Shown here piece by piece: positions 35,140-46,500 of a stretch of DNA of 64,000 nucleotides; positions within the stretch are counted from its first letter, which is position 1; every line of letters begins with the position of its first letter. Made by a program: the position numbers and the translations under genes. Below the pieces are notes generated by a model. The model ran no database searches. It saw only the letters and a program-made list of their open reading frames with translations, and was not told where the DNA came from. Origin of the DNA: Eledone cirrhosa (taxonomy: Eukaryota); the NCBI GenBank assembly GCA_964016885.1, contig OZ024741.1, positions 403,000,001 through 403,064,000 on the forward strand, given 5' to 3'.

Positions 35140-35920
35140 TAATAAGTCAGGTGATATCCTTAATAAGTCAGGTGTCATAGTAAGTCAGGTGATATCCTTT
35201 ATAAAATGATGTGGAAAGGTAAACCCCTAGATATATATTTTATTATAGAACTTCATATTGGCTGATTAATATTAGAGAAGGTGATATAAAATAATTGTCA
35301 AAACCAGAAATAATCCAGTTTCAGTAAAAAAAACTATTAAAAGAAGGTTTAATACGATTCCTTATTATGGCGAGAAAACTAATTCTAGAAAGATGTGACA
35401 ATAATAATATTTTGCTCTATTTGTTTTATATATTGTCTAAATATTAACTGAAAATAAGCCACACTTTTAATGTTCCATCAATATTTTATAGTTTTTATAT
35501 ATAAATATTGATTTCTAAGATTGATACAAGACAAGGATATAGATTTATAGTGAGATTCTATATATGATACTTTGGTAAAAGTAATCATTTATACACCCAA
35601 AATATTATTGGTTTCTTTGTACTTTTTGTAGAAATCAATAGATAGAGTGTTCCCCAAAAATGTATACACACTTTGATTATCTGTACAGGCAATATTTATT
35701 AGAATGCTGTTGAAGTGTGCATACATTTTTTGGGGGACACCCTGTATATTCCACAGTTCACTATTTGGTGTCTACCCCACCAAACACTATAGCATTATGT
35801 AGGGTGGTGGGTTGGCAGTAGAATTGGTAGAGTGTCGGATAACATGCTTTGTGCCATATAGTCACATCCCTTTATGTTCTGAGTTCAAATCCTGCCAAGG
35901 TTAGCTTTGCCTTTCATCTT
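35140..35920. repeat. Inverted copy of 15322-16105
   Basis: Near-identical reverse complement. Confidence 0.92.
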
Positions 35921-36420
35921 TATGAGGTCGATAAAATAAATCAACTTTCCTCTCCCCACAAATATTTGACTTGTGCCCAAATTAGAAATCGTATTATTAT
36001 TGAAGTGTGGTAGAATGGTAATATTTGCAGAGCATCTAACAACATGGTTTATGGTATATAGTCACGTCCCTTTAAGTTCTGAGTTCAAATCCTCTTACGG
36101 TTAACTTTGCCTTTCATTCTTACAGGATATCTAAAATAAAGTACCAGTAACATACTAGGGTTGATTTAATCAACTTTCCCTCTCCAAAATTGTTGGCATT
36201 GTGCCTAAATCTGAAACCATTATTAAGTGCGGTGGATTGGCAGAATCGGTAGAGGATCGGACGCCATGCTTTGTGGCATAGAGTTACGCTCCTTTATGGT
36301 CTGAGTTCAAATCCTGCCACGGTTAACTTCGCCTCTCATCCTTACGGGGTTGATAAAATAAAGTACCAGTAACAAACTGGAGTAATTGCTGGCCTTATGT
36401 CAAAAATAGAAACCATTATT
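35803..36420 (+). mobile_element. Three head-to-tail tRNA-derived SINE copies
   Basis: Each has tggcag/tggtagaat..ggtagag, B box ctgagttcaaatcc, ctttgcctttcat..taaaataaa and a tail ending gaaa/ccattatt. Confidence 0.8.
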
Positions 36421-36535
36421 AAGGTCAGTGGATTAGTATGTATTAGTAGAAAGTAACCATTCTTCCATGATTATATTTCTACCAACCAGAAAATCTTGGT
36501 TTGTCAAATTGAGTGAGGCTAATCTCTGTGACAAA

Positions 36536-37858
36536 CATAACATGGAGGTGGACCACATGTGTTATAACATGGAGGTGGACATTGTTTCTGAAGACAGTGA
36601 AGTATAGGCCTATATTTCACCACATGTGTTATAACATGGAGGTAGACATTGCTTGTGAAGACAGTAAAGTACAGGCCTGTATTTCACCACATGTGTTATA
36701 ACATGGAGGTAGACATTGTTTGTGAAGACAGTGGAGTATAGGCTTATATTTCACATGTGTTATAACAGCCATCTATTTAAAACTGTATACAGCTATGGTA
36801 CGACCACACTTGGAATTCGCATCATCAGTCTGGAACCCCTATCTTGCTCAGAACATTGACCTCCTGGAAACTGTTCAGAGACGTGCAACCAAGCGCCATA
36901 CCCTCCATCAGACACCTACCATACTCTGAACGCCTTGCTTCCCTGGGCATGGATTCATTGAAGCTCCGACGTCTGGCAATGGACTTGGTGAATACCCACA
37001 AAGTTTTTAACCCTCTCGCCAATTGCAACCCTGAGCGCCTCTTTGATCTCCATGTGTCTAACACACGTGGACATACCTACAAGATCAGAAAACAGCACAG
37101 CTCCCATGACTTTCGTAGACATTTTTTCATGCTCAGAGTTGCTGAAGCATGGAACAAACTGCCTGCGTCAATTGTTAGCTGCCGAGACACTGCATCCTTT
37201 AAAACACTCATGCTTCCCGAAATACGCCAAAACTACACTTGATGTACCCCTTCCATACACATGCACACATGTGTGTATCATGACTCGTGCACTGTTCATT
37301 TTACTGATGTTTGTGCATTGCCCTATGTACTGTACATGCACTTTTTTGATGAGTTGTGGTGCACCTGGGCACTGTACACAATATTTCATTATTGTTATTA
37401 TTATTATATCATGACTCATACACTGTTCATTTTCCTGACATTTGTACATTATTCTATGTACTATACATGCACCTTTGATCAGTTGTAGTGCACCTGAGCA
37501 CTGTACACAATAATTTCATTATTATTATTATTGTTGTTTGTGAAGACAGTGAAGTACAGGCCTTTATTTCACTACATGTGTTATAACATGGAGGTAGACA
37601 TTGTTTGTGAAGACAGTAAAGTACAGGCCTTTATTTCACATGTGTTATAACATGGAGGTAGACATTGTTTGTGAAGACAGTGAAGTACAGGCCTTTATTT
37701 CACCACATGTGTTATAATATGGAGGTAGAGATTGTTTGTGAAGACAGTGGAGTAGAGGCCTTTATTTCACTACATGTGTTATAACATGGAGGTAGACATT
37801 GTTTGTGAAGACAGTGGAGTAGAGGTCTATATTTCACCACATGTGTTATAACATGGAG
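36536..37858. repeat. ~60-bp tandem repeat (taacatggaggtagacattgtttgtgaagacagtgaagtacaggcc..) interrupted by CR1; resumes at 38158-38275
   Basis: Direct reading. Confidence 0.85.
36767..37532 (+). mobile_element. CR1/L2-group LINE 3' fragment with a duplicated 3' UTR
   Basis: KLYTAMVRPHLEFASSVWNPY..LETVQRRATK (frameshift) LPYSERL..RRL..TRGH..FF..RV..WNKLP; (ATT)n tails at ~37390 and ~37520. Confidence 0.88.
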
Positions 37859-37859
37859 A

Positions 37860-38138
37860 TGTGTGGTCTAGTGGTAAGGTGTTAGACTTACGATTATAAT
37901 GTTGTGGGTTCGATTCCTGGGTTGTGTGTTGTGTTCTTGAGCAAAACACTTCATTTCCCGTTGCTCCAGAATACTCAGCTGAAAATGAGTACCAGGAACC
38001 TGCTGGTGGTTAACCCTGTGATGGACTGGCGTCCTGTCCAGGGGGAAGTCTTGTACTCTCAGTCACTTCATACCATGAAACCGAGATAAGCTCTGGCGAA
38101 TGAGCCTTCTAGCTTAAGACTGACTTTAGACTTTAGTT
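37860..38138 (+). mobile_element. tRNA-derived SINE of a second family
   Basis: A box tggtctagtgg, B box ggttcgattcc, body gtgttcttgagcaaaacact..aaccctgtgatggactggcgtcctgtccaggg, tail gacttta x2. Confidence 0.85.
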
Positions 38139-38741
38139 ATAATGGGAAGGAGGAAATTATTTGTGAAGACAGTGAGGTACAGCCCTATATTTTCCCACAT
38201 GTGTCAGTTCATGAAGGTGGACATTGTTTGTGAAGACAGTGAAGTAGAGACCTGTATTTCCCCACATGTGTCAGTTTTTGTTTTCTCTTACATAACACCA
38301 CATCCCCTCTGACTAAACACTGCTTCTTATGTGGTGTTTAGAAGATTGTTTTCACATGAAACTCCAGCCACTGTTTCTTCTATCACGATGTCACTTCTGT
38401 AAAAGTTTTCAAATCCGTTGTAAAGGTTAAAAATATGTTAAACCTGATGGTCATGGTTGGAACCTATTTTGGTTTTCCACACAGTTTTTGTCTCTACAAT
38501 TTCATTCAGAAAGCTTTGATCAACTTGAGTCTATAGTAGAATACATTTAAATATAAGTTTGAAAGTAACGGTAATAGAGAAGAGTTCCAGCTAGATGGTG
38601 TCAACAAAATCTTACGGTTTAAATGCACAAGTCTCCAATATTCAAATGGTTAAATGTGAGCAGCAAGGTACCCAGGAGATATGACCTGGATGTGATCCGG
38701 CCCCCTTAGAGTGTAAAAAGTGATGGGCTGAAACACATACT

Positions 38742-39385
38742 TGAGGAGGGTTTCTTCTCTGAAGACCTTCTGCTGTCCAGCTCTCCTGAGAGTTTCTTCT
38801 CTCCAGACCTACTGTTGTCCAGCTCTCATGAGAGTTTCGTATCTGAAGACCTTCTACTGTCCAGATCTCACAAGAGTTTCTTCTCTGAAGACCTTCTACT
38901 GTCAAACTCTCCTCAGAGTTTCTTCTCTGAAGACCTTCTGCTGTCCAGCTCTCCTCAGAGTTTCTTCTCTGAAGACCTTCTACTGTTCAGCTCTCCTCAG
39001 AGTTTCTTCTCTGAAGACCTTCTACTGTCCAACTCTCCTCAGAGTTTCTTCTCTGAAGACCTTCTACTGTCCAGCTCTCCTCAGAGTTTCTTCTCTGAAG
39101 ACTTTCTACTGTCCAGCTCTCCTCAGAGTTTCTTCTCTGAAGACTTTCTACTGTTCAGCTCTCCTCAGAGTTTCTTCTCTGAAGACCTTCTACTGTCCAA
39201 CTCTCCTCAGAGTTTCTTCTCTGAAGACCTTCTACTGTCCAGCTCTCACAAGAGTTTCTTCTCTGAAGACCTTCTACTGTCCAGCTCTCCTCAGAGTTTC
39301 TTCTCTGAAGACCTTCTGCTGTCCAGCTCTCCTCAGAGTTTCTTCTCTGAAGACCTTCTACTGTCCAGCTCTCCTCAGAGTTCTT
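38742..39385. repeat. 42-bp minisatellite, ~15 copies
   Basis: Unit ctgtccagctctcctcagagtttcttctctgaagaccttcta. Confidence 0.95.
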
Positions 39386-39892
39386 ACCACATTTTGTTGG
39401 TTAGATTAACAGTTTATCCAGTAGATTACGGAGTGAATTAAAAACCTCAATGGAGACATCTCTGTTTTATTTTCTCCATGATTGATAAAGTAAGTACCAG
39501 TAATATACTGTTAGTGGGAGGCCCAATAAAAACACAAACATATACACTTATTTAAAGAATTTTACATTGTGGTTATTCAAAAGAAATTATTATTATTTTT
39601 TTTAAAAGAATTCCTCCAGGATCAGCTTTGCTTTTTGTCCTAAAATAATGTGCACACTGGGGTCAATTTAATTGACCCCACAAAAAAAAAATGTTGGTCT
39701 TGAGTCTAAACCAGAAACTATTATTTTTAAGATTAACTCTAATAATAAATCCAACTTTTTAATAACACAACATTTCTTTATTTTTTTATGGGTAACATTT
39801 AAAAAATATGATTTATAAATGACATTGGTTAGAATCTCAGCAGTGGACATTTCTTTTAGGGCAGCATTATGTAAATAACATAAGATTATAAT

Positions 39893-40198
39893 ATGGTATG
39901 GTGGTATGGTGGCATGGTGGTGTGGTATGGTGGTATGGTATGGTGGTATGGTGGTATGGTGGTGTGGTGATATGGTGGTGTGGTGGTATGGTGGTGTGGT
40001 GGTATGGTGGTGTGGTGGTATGGTATGATGGTGTGGTGATATGGTATGGTGGTATGGTGGTGTGGTATGGCGGTATGGTTGTGTGGTGGTATGATGTGGT
40101 GGTATAGTGGTATAGTGGTATGGTGGTGATGTGGTGGTATGGTGGTGTGATGGTATGGAGGTATGGTGGTGTGATGGTATGGTGGTATGATGGTATGG
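39893..40198. repeat. (TGG/TGGTA)n low-complexity repeat
   Basis: Direct reading. Confidence 0.9.
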
Positions 40199-41956
40199 TC
40201 CTATAAATCTTGATGGAGTCGTAGGGATGCCATAGTAACATACAGCATTTCTTGAGTATTTCAAACCTGGCAGAGCCCGTCCCTCCCCAGGGATTTTTTT
40301 TTCCAGAGCAGGATAGAGAGAGAGAGAGAGAGAGAGAATGGAAGTGAGAAAGAGATATAGAGGAAGAATTGACCCCAGTACTAGACTGGTACTTTATTTA
40401 TTGACCTGGAAAGGGTGAAAAGGAACGTTGACCTTGATATCCAAATATTGGGCCTTGACTAACTGCTTCCTTTTTGTGGTGGTCACTGTTGTTAAGACTT
40501 CTGGTGTCCTTTATCCTGGATCTGCTGCCTTCCACTGTAAAATTGGGAGGAGTGTATCTTGTATCAGGAAGAATCCCCTTGAGGTGTCTCTAGCTGTTCT
40601 CTGTGACAATGATCCTGTCAGGTTATCCCCTAGGGCACAGCTGAGGTGTACCACCTAGACAGGTGTGTGTGTGTAGCGTCTGATGCTCCCTTCTCCCACC
40701 CTTTCATTTACATTATTTAATTTTATTTATTGCAAATATTATAAAATTCTAATATAAAGTGTGGTGTGCTCATGTGTGGAGATGCTATTAAATAGCTTAT
40801 AAATTAGGGTGAATACGCATACAGACGGGAAAAGAAGTTGCCATTGGCTGCTATAAGGAACCTCATAACTCTCAGATACGATAGTAACTTCATTTTCCAT
40901 CTCTAAGAGTCTTTACCCTATTTTATTAGCAATTTTATAGCATCTCCGTGCATGAACTTTATCCCCTCAGCGCTTCGTAAAAGTCCAAGAGATCGGCTAT
41001 GTATATATTATATAATATAATTGATATTTGTCAAATAAAGATTTTCATTCCAGTTAAATAACAGCTATTTTTGGTCAAAGGGAAATAACTCAAACTGTAC
41101 TGTTTAAAACAGTTATGTTGCTTGAATTATTCCCCTTGCTAAATATGTGTCATCATCATCATTCTTCGACTATTATCGAGATGATGTTTCTCATGCCCCA
41201 GAACTCCCTGTCCCCCATATAGTGCGGTTCCCTGAGGAACAGGAACCCTGGTGCAGTCAGTTGCGAAATCCATCATCTTTTCAAATAGCTAATAATGTGT
41301 GTGGGCGCCACTACTACACACATGTGAAAGAATTTGACAGCCAAGTCTTGAAGAAGGTGCTTTCTCCTCCATGTGGTGGGTTACCCTGCGCCAGATACCA
41401 ACCTGGCATTTATACCCTCGCCCTAATTGTGTAATTAGAATTGTGTAATTAGAATCTAGAAACTTTATCTTTAATCTAAATCATAGATCCGAAAGTTTTT
41501 TTAGATTATTATCCCCACCCCCATCAATTCCTTCATGGAATCCTCAAAGACATGTACACAAATAAGTAAATGAATAAATCTATAAAAAGTATCATCATCA
41601 TCGTTTTAATGTTCATTTTCCCTGCTGACAAGGGCTGGACAGGTCTACAAAGACCAAGTCAGTACTGAAGTAGGGCTACTGACCTCTCAGGTAGGCCAGA
41701 AGATCTGTATCTCACTTACGTATGGTCTTGCTCGAGTGCACAGGAGAGTTTGATATGTCCTTCACACAACTGAGGGTTCTCCCGACCCTTTTTTTTGCAA
41801 GCTTTCTATTGCTGGATGCCCTTCCTATCACCAGCCACTTTACAATGTGTACTGGGTGCGTCTATCGTCTAGATCACTAGCATTAGGGACCTATCATGTC
41901 CTCGACATGACTGAAGGGTCCTCCCAACCCTTTGCTTGGTATAAAATATATAAACA

Positions 41957-42301
41957 ATATTAATTATGTATATACCAGAATATTAATTATGTATATACCA
42001 GAATATTAATTATGTATATACCAGAATATTAATTATGTATATACCAGAATATTAATTATGTATATACCAGAATATTAATTATGTATATACCAGAATATTA
42101 ATTATGTATATACCAGAATATTAATTATGTATATACCAGAATATTAATTATGTATATACCAGAATATTAATTATGTATATACCAGAATATTAATTATGTA
42201 TATACCAGAATATTAATTATGTATATACCAGAATATTAATTATGTATATACCAGAATATTAATTATGTATATACCAGAATATTAATTATGTATATACCAG
42301 A
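41957..42301. repeat. Perfect 23-bp minisatellite, ~15 copies
   Basis: Unit aatattaattatgtatataccag. Confidence 0.95.
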
Positions 42302-42479
42302 AACCTGATAAATGAACACACAAATGTAAGGTGCCCTTCCTATCACCAGCCACTTTACAGTTTGGACCAGGTGCATTTTATCGTACCACCAGCGCTATAG
42401 AGGGGGTTTGTCAAGACTTAAGGGTCCGCTCTACTTTGTACCAGTAATTAAATGTCTCACACATAATGCACATGGCGAG

Positions 42480-42774
42480 ATATTTAGAAGTACACTCAGT
42501 AGAAGGAAGCTGCAGTAAAGGAAGGCCAAGGACAACCCGAGCAGAAGTAGTGAGAATGGAGCTCAAAAGTGCTGAACCTCCCAGAAGAGATGGTGAAGGA
42601 ACACATGTGGGGGGAGAAGCTGTGCAGGAAAGGACTTGCCCAACCCATGTAAGCATGGATACACAGGTGTGAAAAGGATGATGGTGATGATGATGATTTT
42701 GATGATGTTGATGATGTTGTTGATGATGATGATGATGATGATGACGATGATAATGATTATGATGATGATGATGG

Positions 42775-42806
<32 letters not shown>

Positions 42807-42950
42807 GTGATGATGAAAAGGCTGTTAATGATGATGATGATGGTGATGATGATGATAATGATTATGATGATAATGATGATGATGATGATATTGATGATGA
42901 TGATGATCGTGATGGTGATGACGATGTTGATGATAATGATGTTGATAATG
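42480..42950 (+). mobile_element. Old RTE 3' fragment with an expanded (GAT)n tail
   Basis: VEGSCSKGRPRTT resembles the RTE C-terminus; aacccatgtaagcatgga..(gat)n. Confidence 0.65.
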
Positions 42951-43187
42951 CAGCTTCTCTGAAGCTGAAAATAATGTTTGTTTAATAACAGATATGTTAT
43001 TAAGGGTGGGTTTAAGGGTGGGATATAATCCATGTTAAATGACATTTATTACCAATGAAACATGTATGTATGTGCAGGGTAATATCAATTCAATGAAATG
43101 TGTAGTGCCCTGACAAACAATCTTTGACCACCTTACACTACCAATATAAGATTCAAAACCATTAACAGTAGTTTGAGCTTTTTGCAG

Positions 43188-43322
43188 TTAAGTCTTCCAG
43201 CATTCTTGTCCCACAAATCGCATCCCAACTCACTGATATCAGAGCAGATTTGGTTACCCACAAGTGTGAACCACACGATGTGGAGAGGGTGTTCCAGCAT
43301 ACTTCTTTCACCATCATACAAG
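43188..43322 (+). CDS. Candidate internal exon of an unidentified host gene
   Basis: Acceptor gctttttgcag|, donor CAAG|gtaatg, 135 bp, open in phase 1 (KSSSILVPQIASQLTDIRADLVTHKCEPHDVERVFQHTSFTIIQ). No homology recognised. Confidence 0.4.
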
Positions 43323-43544
43323 GTAATGTTTTCTCCATCTTGTTGGTTGGGACCATGAGGTGGACTGTCTCTAAAAATAATGAATGCGGTGTAGCAAGAG
43401 ATGGTAAATAAGTGATAAATGTCAATAAACAGTCTTACTGTAATTCTTAAAGTAATTATAAAATATTCATAATTCATTGTTCTGTGGAATAATATGTAGA
43501 AACTGTAGTATGGTGGTGAGAATATCTGAACAGTGGTACATTCC

Positions 43545-46500
43545 AGCCTCTCTATATTCTAAGTTACTGCCACAGGGTTAACTTCCACTACAGTCTCTCT
43601 ATATTCTCAGTTACTGCCAGACATAACTTCCACTACAGTCTCTCTATATTCTCAGTTACTGGCAGACATAACTTCCAGTACAGTCTCTCTATATTCTCAG
43701 TTACTGGCAGACATCACTTCCACTACAGTCTCTCTATATTCTCAGTTACTGCCAGACATCACTTCCACTACAGTCTCTCTATATTCTCAGATACTGGCAG
43801 AGTTAACTTCCACTACAGTCTCTCTATATTCTCAGTTACTGCCGGAGTTAACTTCCCCTACAGTCTCTCTATATTCTCAGTTACTGCCAGACATCACTTC
43901 CACTACAGTCTCTCTATATTCTCAGTTACTGCCAGAGTTAACTTCCACTACAGTCTCTCTATATTCTCAGTTACTGGCAGACATCACTTCCACTACAGTC
44001 TCTCTATATTCTCAGTTACTGCCAGAGTTAACTTCCACTACAGTCTCTCTATATTCCCAGTTACTGCAAGACATGACTTCCACTACATTCTCTCTATATT
44101 CTCAGTTACTGCCAGACATAACTTCCACTACAATCTCTCTATATTCTCAGTTACTGCCAGACATCACTTCCACTACAGTCTCTCTATATTCTCAGTTACT
44201 GCCAGACATCACTTCCACTACATTCTCTCTATATTCTCAGTTACTGGCAGAGTTAACTTCCCCTACAGTCTCTCTATATTCTCAGTTACTGGCAGACATA
44301 ACTTCCACTACAGTCTCTCTATATTCTCAGTTACTGGCAGACATCACTTCCACTACAGTCTCTCTATATTCTCAGTTACTGCTAAACATCACTTCCACTA
44401 CAGTCTCTCTATATTCTCAGTTACTGCCAGACATAACTTCCACTACAGTTCTCTATATTCTCAGTTACTGCCAGACATCACTTCCACTACAGTCTCTCTA
44501 TATTCTCAGTTACTGCCAGACATCACTTCCACTACAGTCTCTCTATATTCCCAGTTACTGCCAGACATCACTTCCACTACAGTCTCTCTATATTCCCAGT
44601 TACTGCCAGACATAATTTCCACTACAGTTCTCTATATTCTCAGTTACTGCCAGACATCACTTCCACTACAGTCTCTCTATATTCCCAGTTACTGCCAGAC
44701 ATCACTTCCACTACAGTCTCTCTATATTCTCAGTTACTGGCAGACATAACTTCCACTACAGTCTCTCTATATTCTCAGTTACTGGCAGACATAACTTCCA
44801 CTACAGTCTCTCTATATTCTCAGTTACTGCCAGACATCACTTCCACTACAGTCTCTCTATATTCCCAGTTACTGCCAGACATAACTTCCAGTACAGTCTC
44901 TCTATATTCTCAGTTACTGGCAGACATAACTTCCACTACAGTCTCTCTATATTCTCAGTTACTGCCTGACATCACTTCCACTACATTCTCTCTATATTCT
45001 CAGTTACTGCCAGACATAACTTCCACTACAGTCTCTCTATATTCTCAGTTACTGGCAGACATAACTTCCACTACAGTCTCTCTATATTCTCAGTTACTGC
45101 CTGACATCACTTCCACTACAGTCTCTCTATATTCTCAGTTACTGCCAGAGTTAACTTCCACTACAGTCTCTCTATATTCTCAGTTACTGGCAGACATAAC
45201 TTCCACTACAGTCTCTCTATATTCTCAGTTACTGCCAGACATCACTTCCACTACAGTCTCTCTATATTCTCAGTTACTGCCAGACATCACTTCCACTACA
45301 TTCTCTCTATATTCTCAGTTACTGCCAGACATGACTTCCACTACACTCTCTCTATATTCTCAGTTACTGGCAGACATAACTTCCACTACAGTCTCTCTAT
45401 ATTCTCAGTTACTGCCAGACATAACTTCCACTACAATCTCTCTATATTCTCAGTTACTGCCAGACATAACTTCCACTACAGTCTCTCTATATTCTCAGTT
45501 ACTGCCAGACATGACTTCCACTACAGTCTCTCTATATTCTTAGTTACTGGCATACATAACTTCCACTACAGTCTCTCTATATTCTCAGTTACTGCCAGAC
45601 ATAACTTCCAGTACAGTCTCTCTATATTCTCAGTTACTGGCAGACATAACTTCCACTACAGTCTCTCTATATTCTCAGTTACTGCCAGACATGACTTCCA
45701 CTACAGTCTCTCTATATTCTTAGTTACTGGCATACATAACTTCCACTACAGTCTCTCTATATTCTCAGTTACTGGCAGACATCACTTCCACTACAGTCTC
45801 TCTATATTCTCAGTTACTGCCAGAGTTAACTTCCACTACAGTCTCTCTATATTCTTAGTTACTGGCAGACATCACTTCCACTACAGTCTCTCTATATTCT
45901 CAGTTACTGGCAGACATCACTTCCACTACAGTCTCTCTATATTCTCAGTTACTGCCAGAGTTAACTTCCACTACAGTCTCTCTATATTCCCAGTTACTGG
46001 CAGACATCACTTCCACTACAGTCTCTCTATATTCTCAGTTACTGCCAGAGTTAACTTCCCCTACAGTCTCTCTATATTCTCAGTTACTGCCAGACATCAC
46101 TTCCACTACAGTCTGTCTATATTCTCAGTTACTGCCAGAGTTAACTTCCACTACAGTCTCTCTATATTCTCAGTTACTGGCAGACATCACTTCCACTACA
46201 GTCTCTCTATATTCTCAGTTACTGGCAGACATCACTTCCACTACAGTCTCTCTATATTCTCAGTTACTGCCAGAGTTAACTTCCACTACAGTCTCTCTAT
46301 ATTCCCAGTTACTGCAAGACATGACTTCCACTACATTCTCTCTATATTCTCAGTTACTGCCAGACATAACTTCCACTACAATCTCTCTATAATCTCAGTT
46401 ACTGCCAGACATAACTTCCACTACAATCTCTCTATATTCTCAGTTACTGCCAGACATAACTTCCACTACAGTCTCTCTATATTCCCAGTTACTGCCAGAC

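Noticed and set aside
37860-37935. Functional tRNA gene
   Set aside because: A and B boxes are present but there is no acceptor stem, and the sequence continues into a SINE body.
38742-39385. Hammerhead-containing satellite or 14-aa repeat protein
   Set aside because: Units contain CTGAAGA but no stem II-GAAA. The ORFs are open in two frames simply because the unit is 42 bp.
43133-43477. Minus-strand exon or ORF (DSPPHGPNQQ..)
   Set aside because: The donor is weak, the plus-strand splice signals are better, and no homology is recognised. It cannot be fully excluded.
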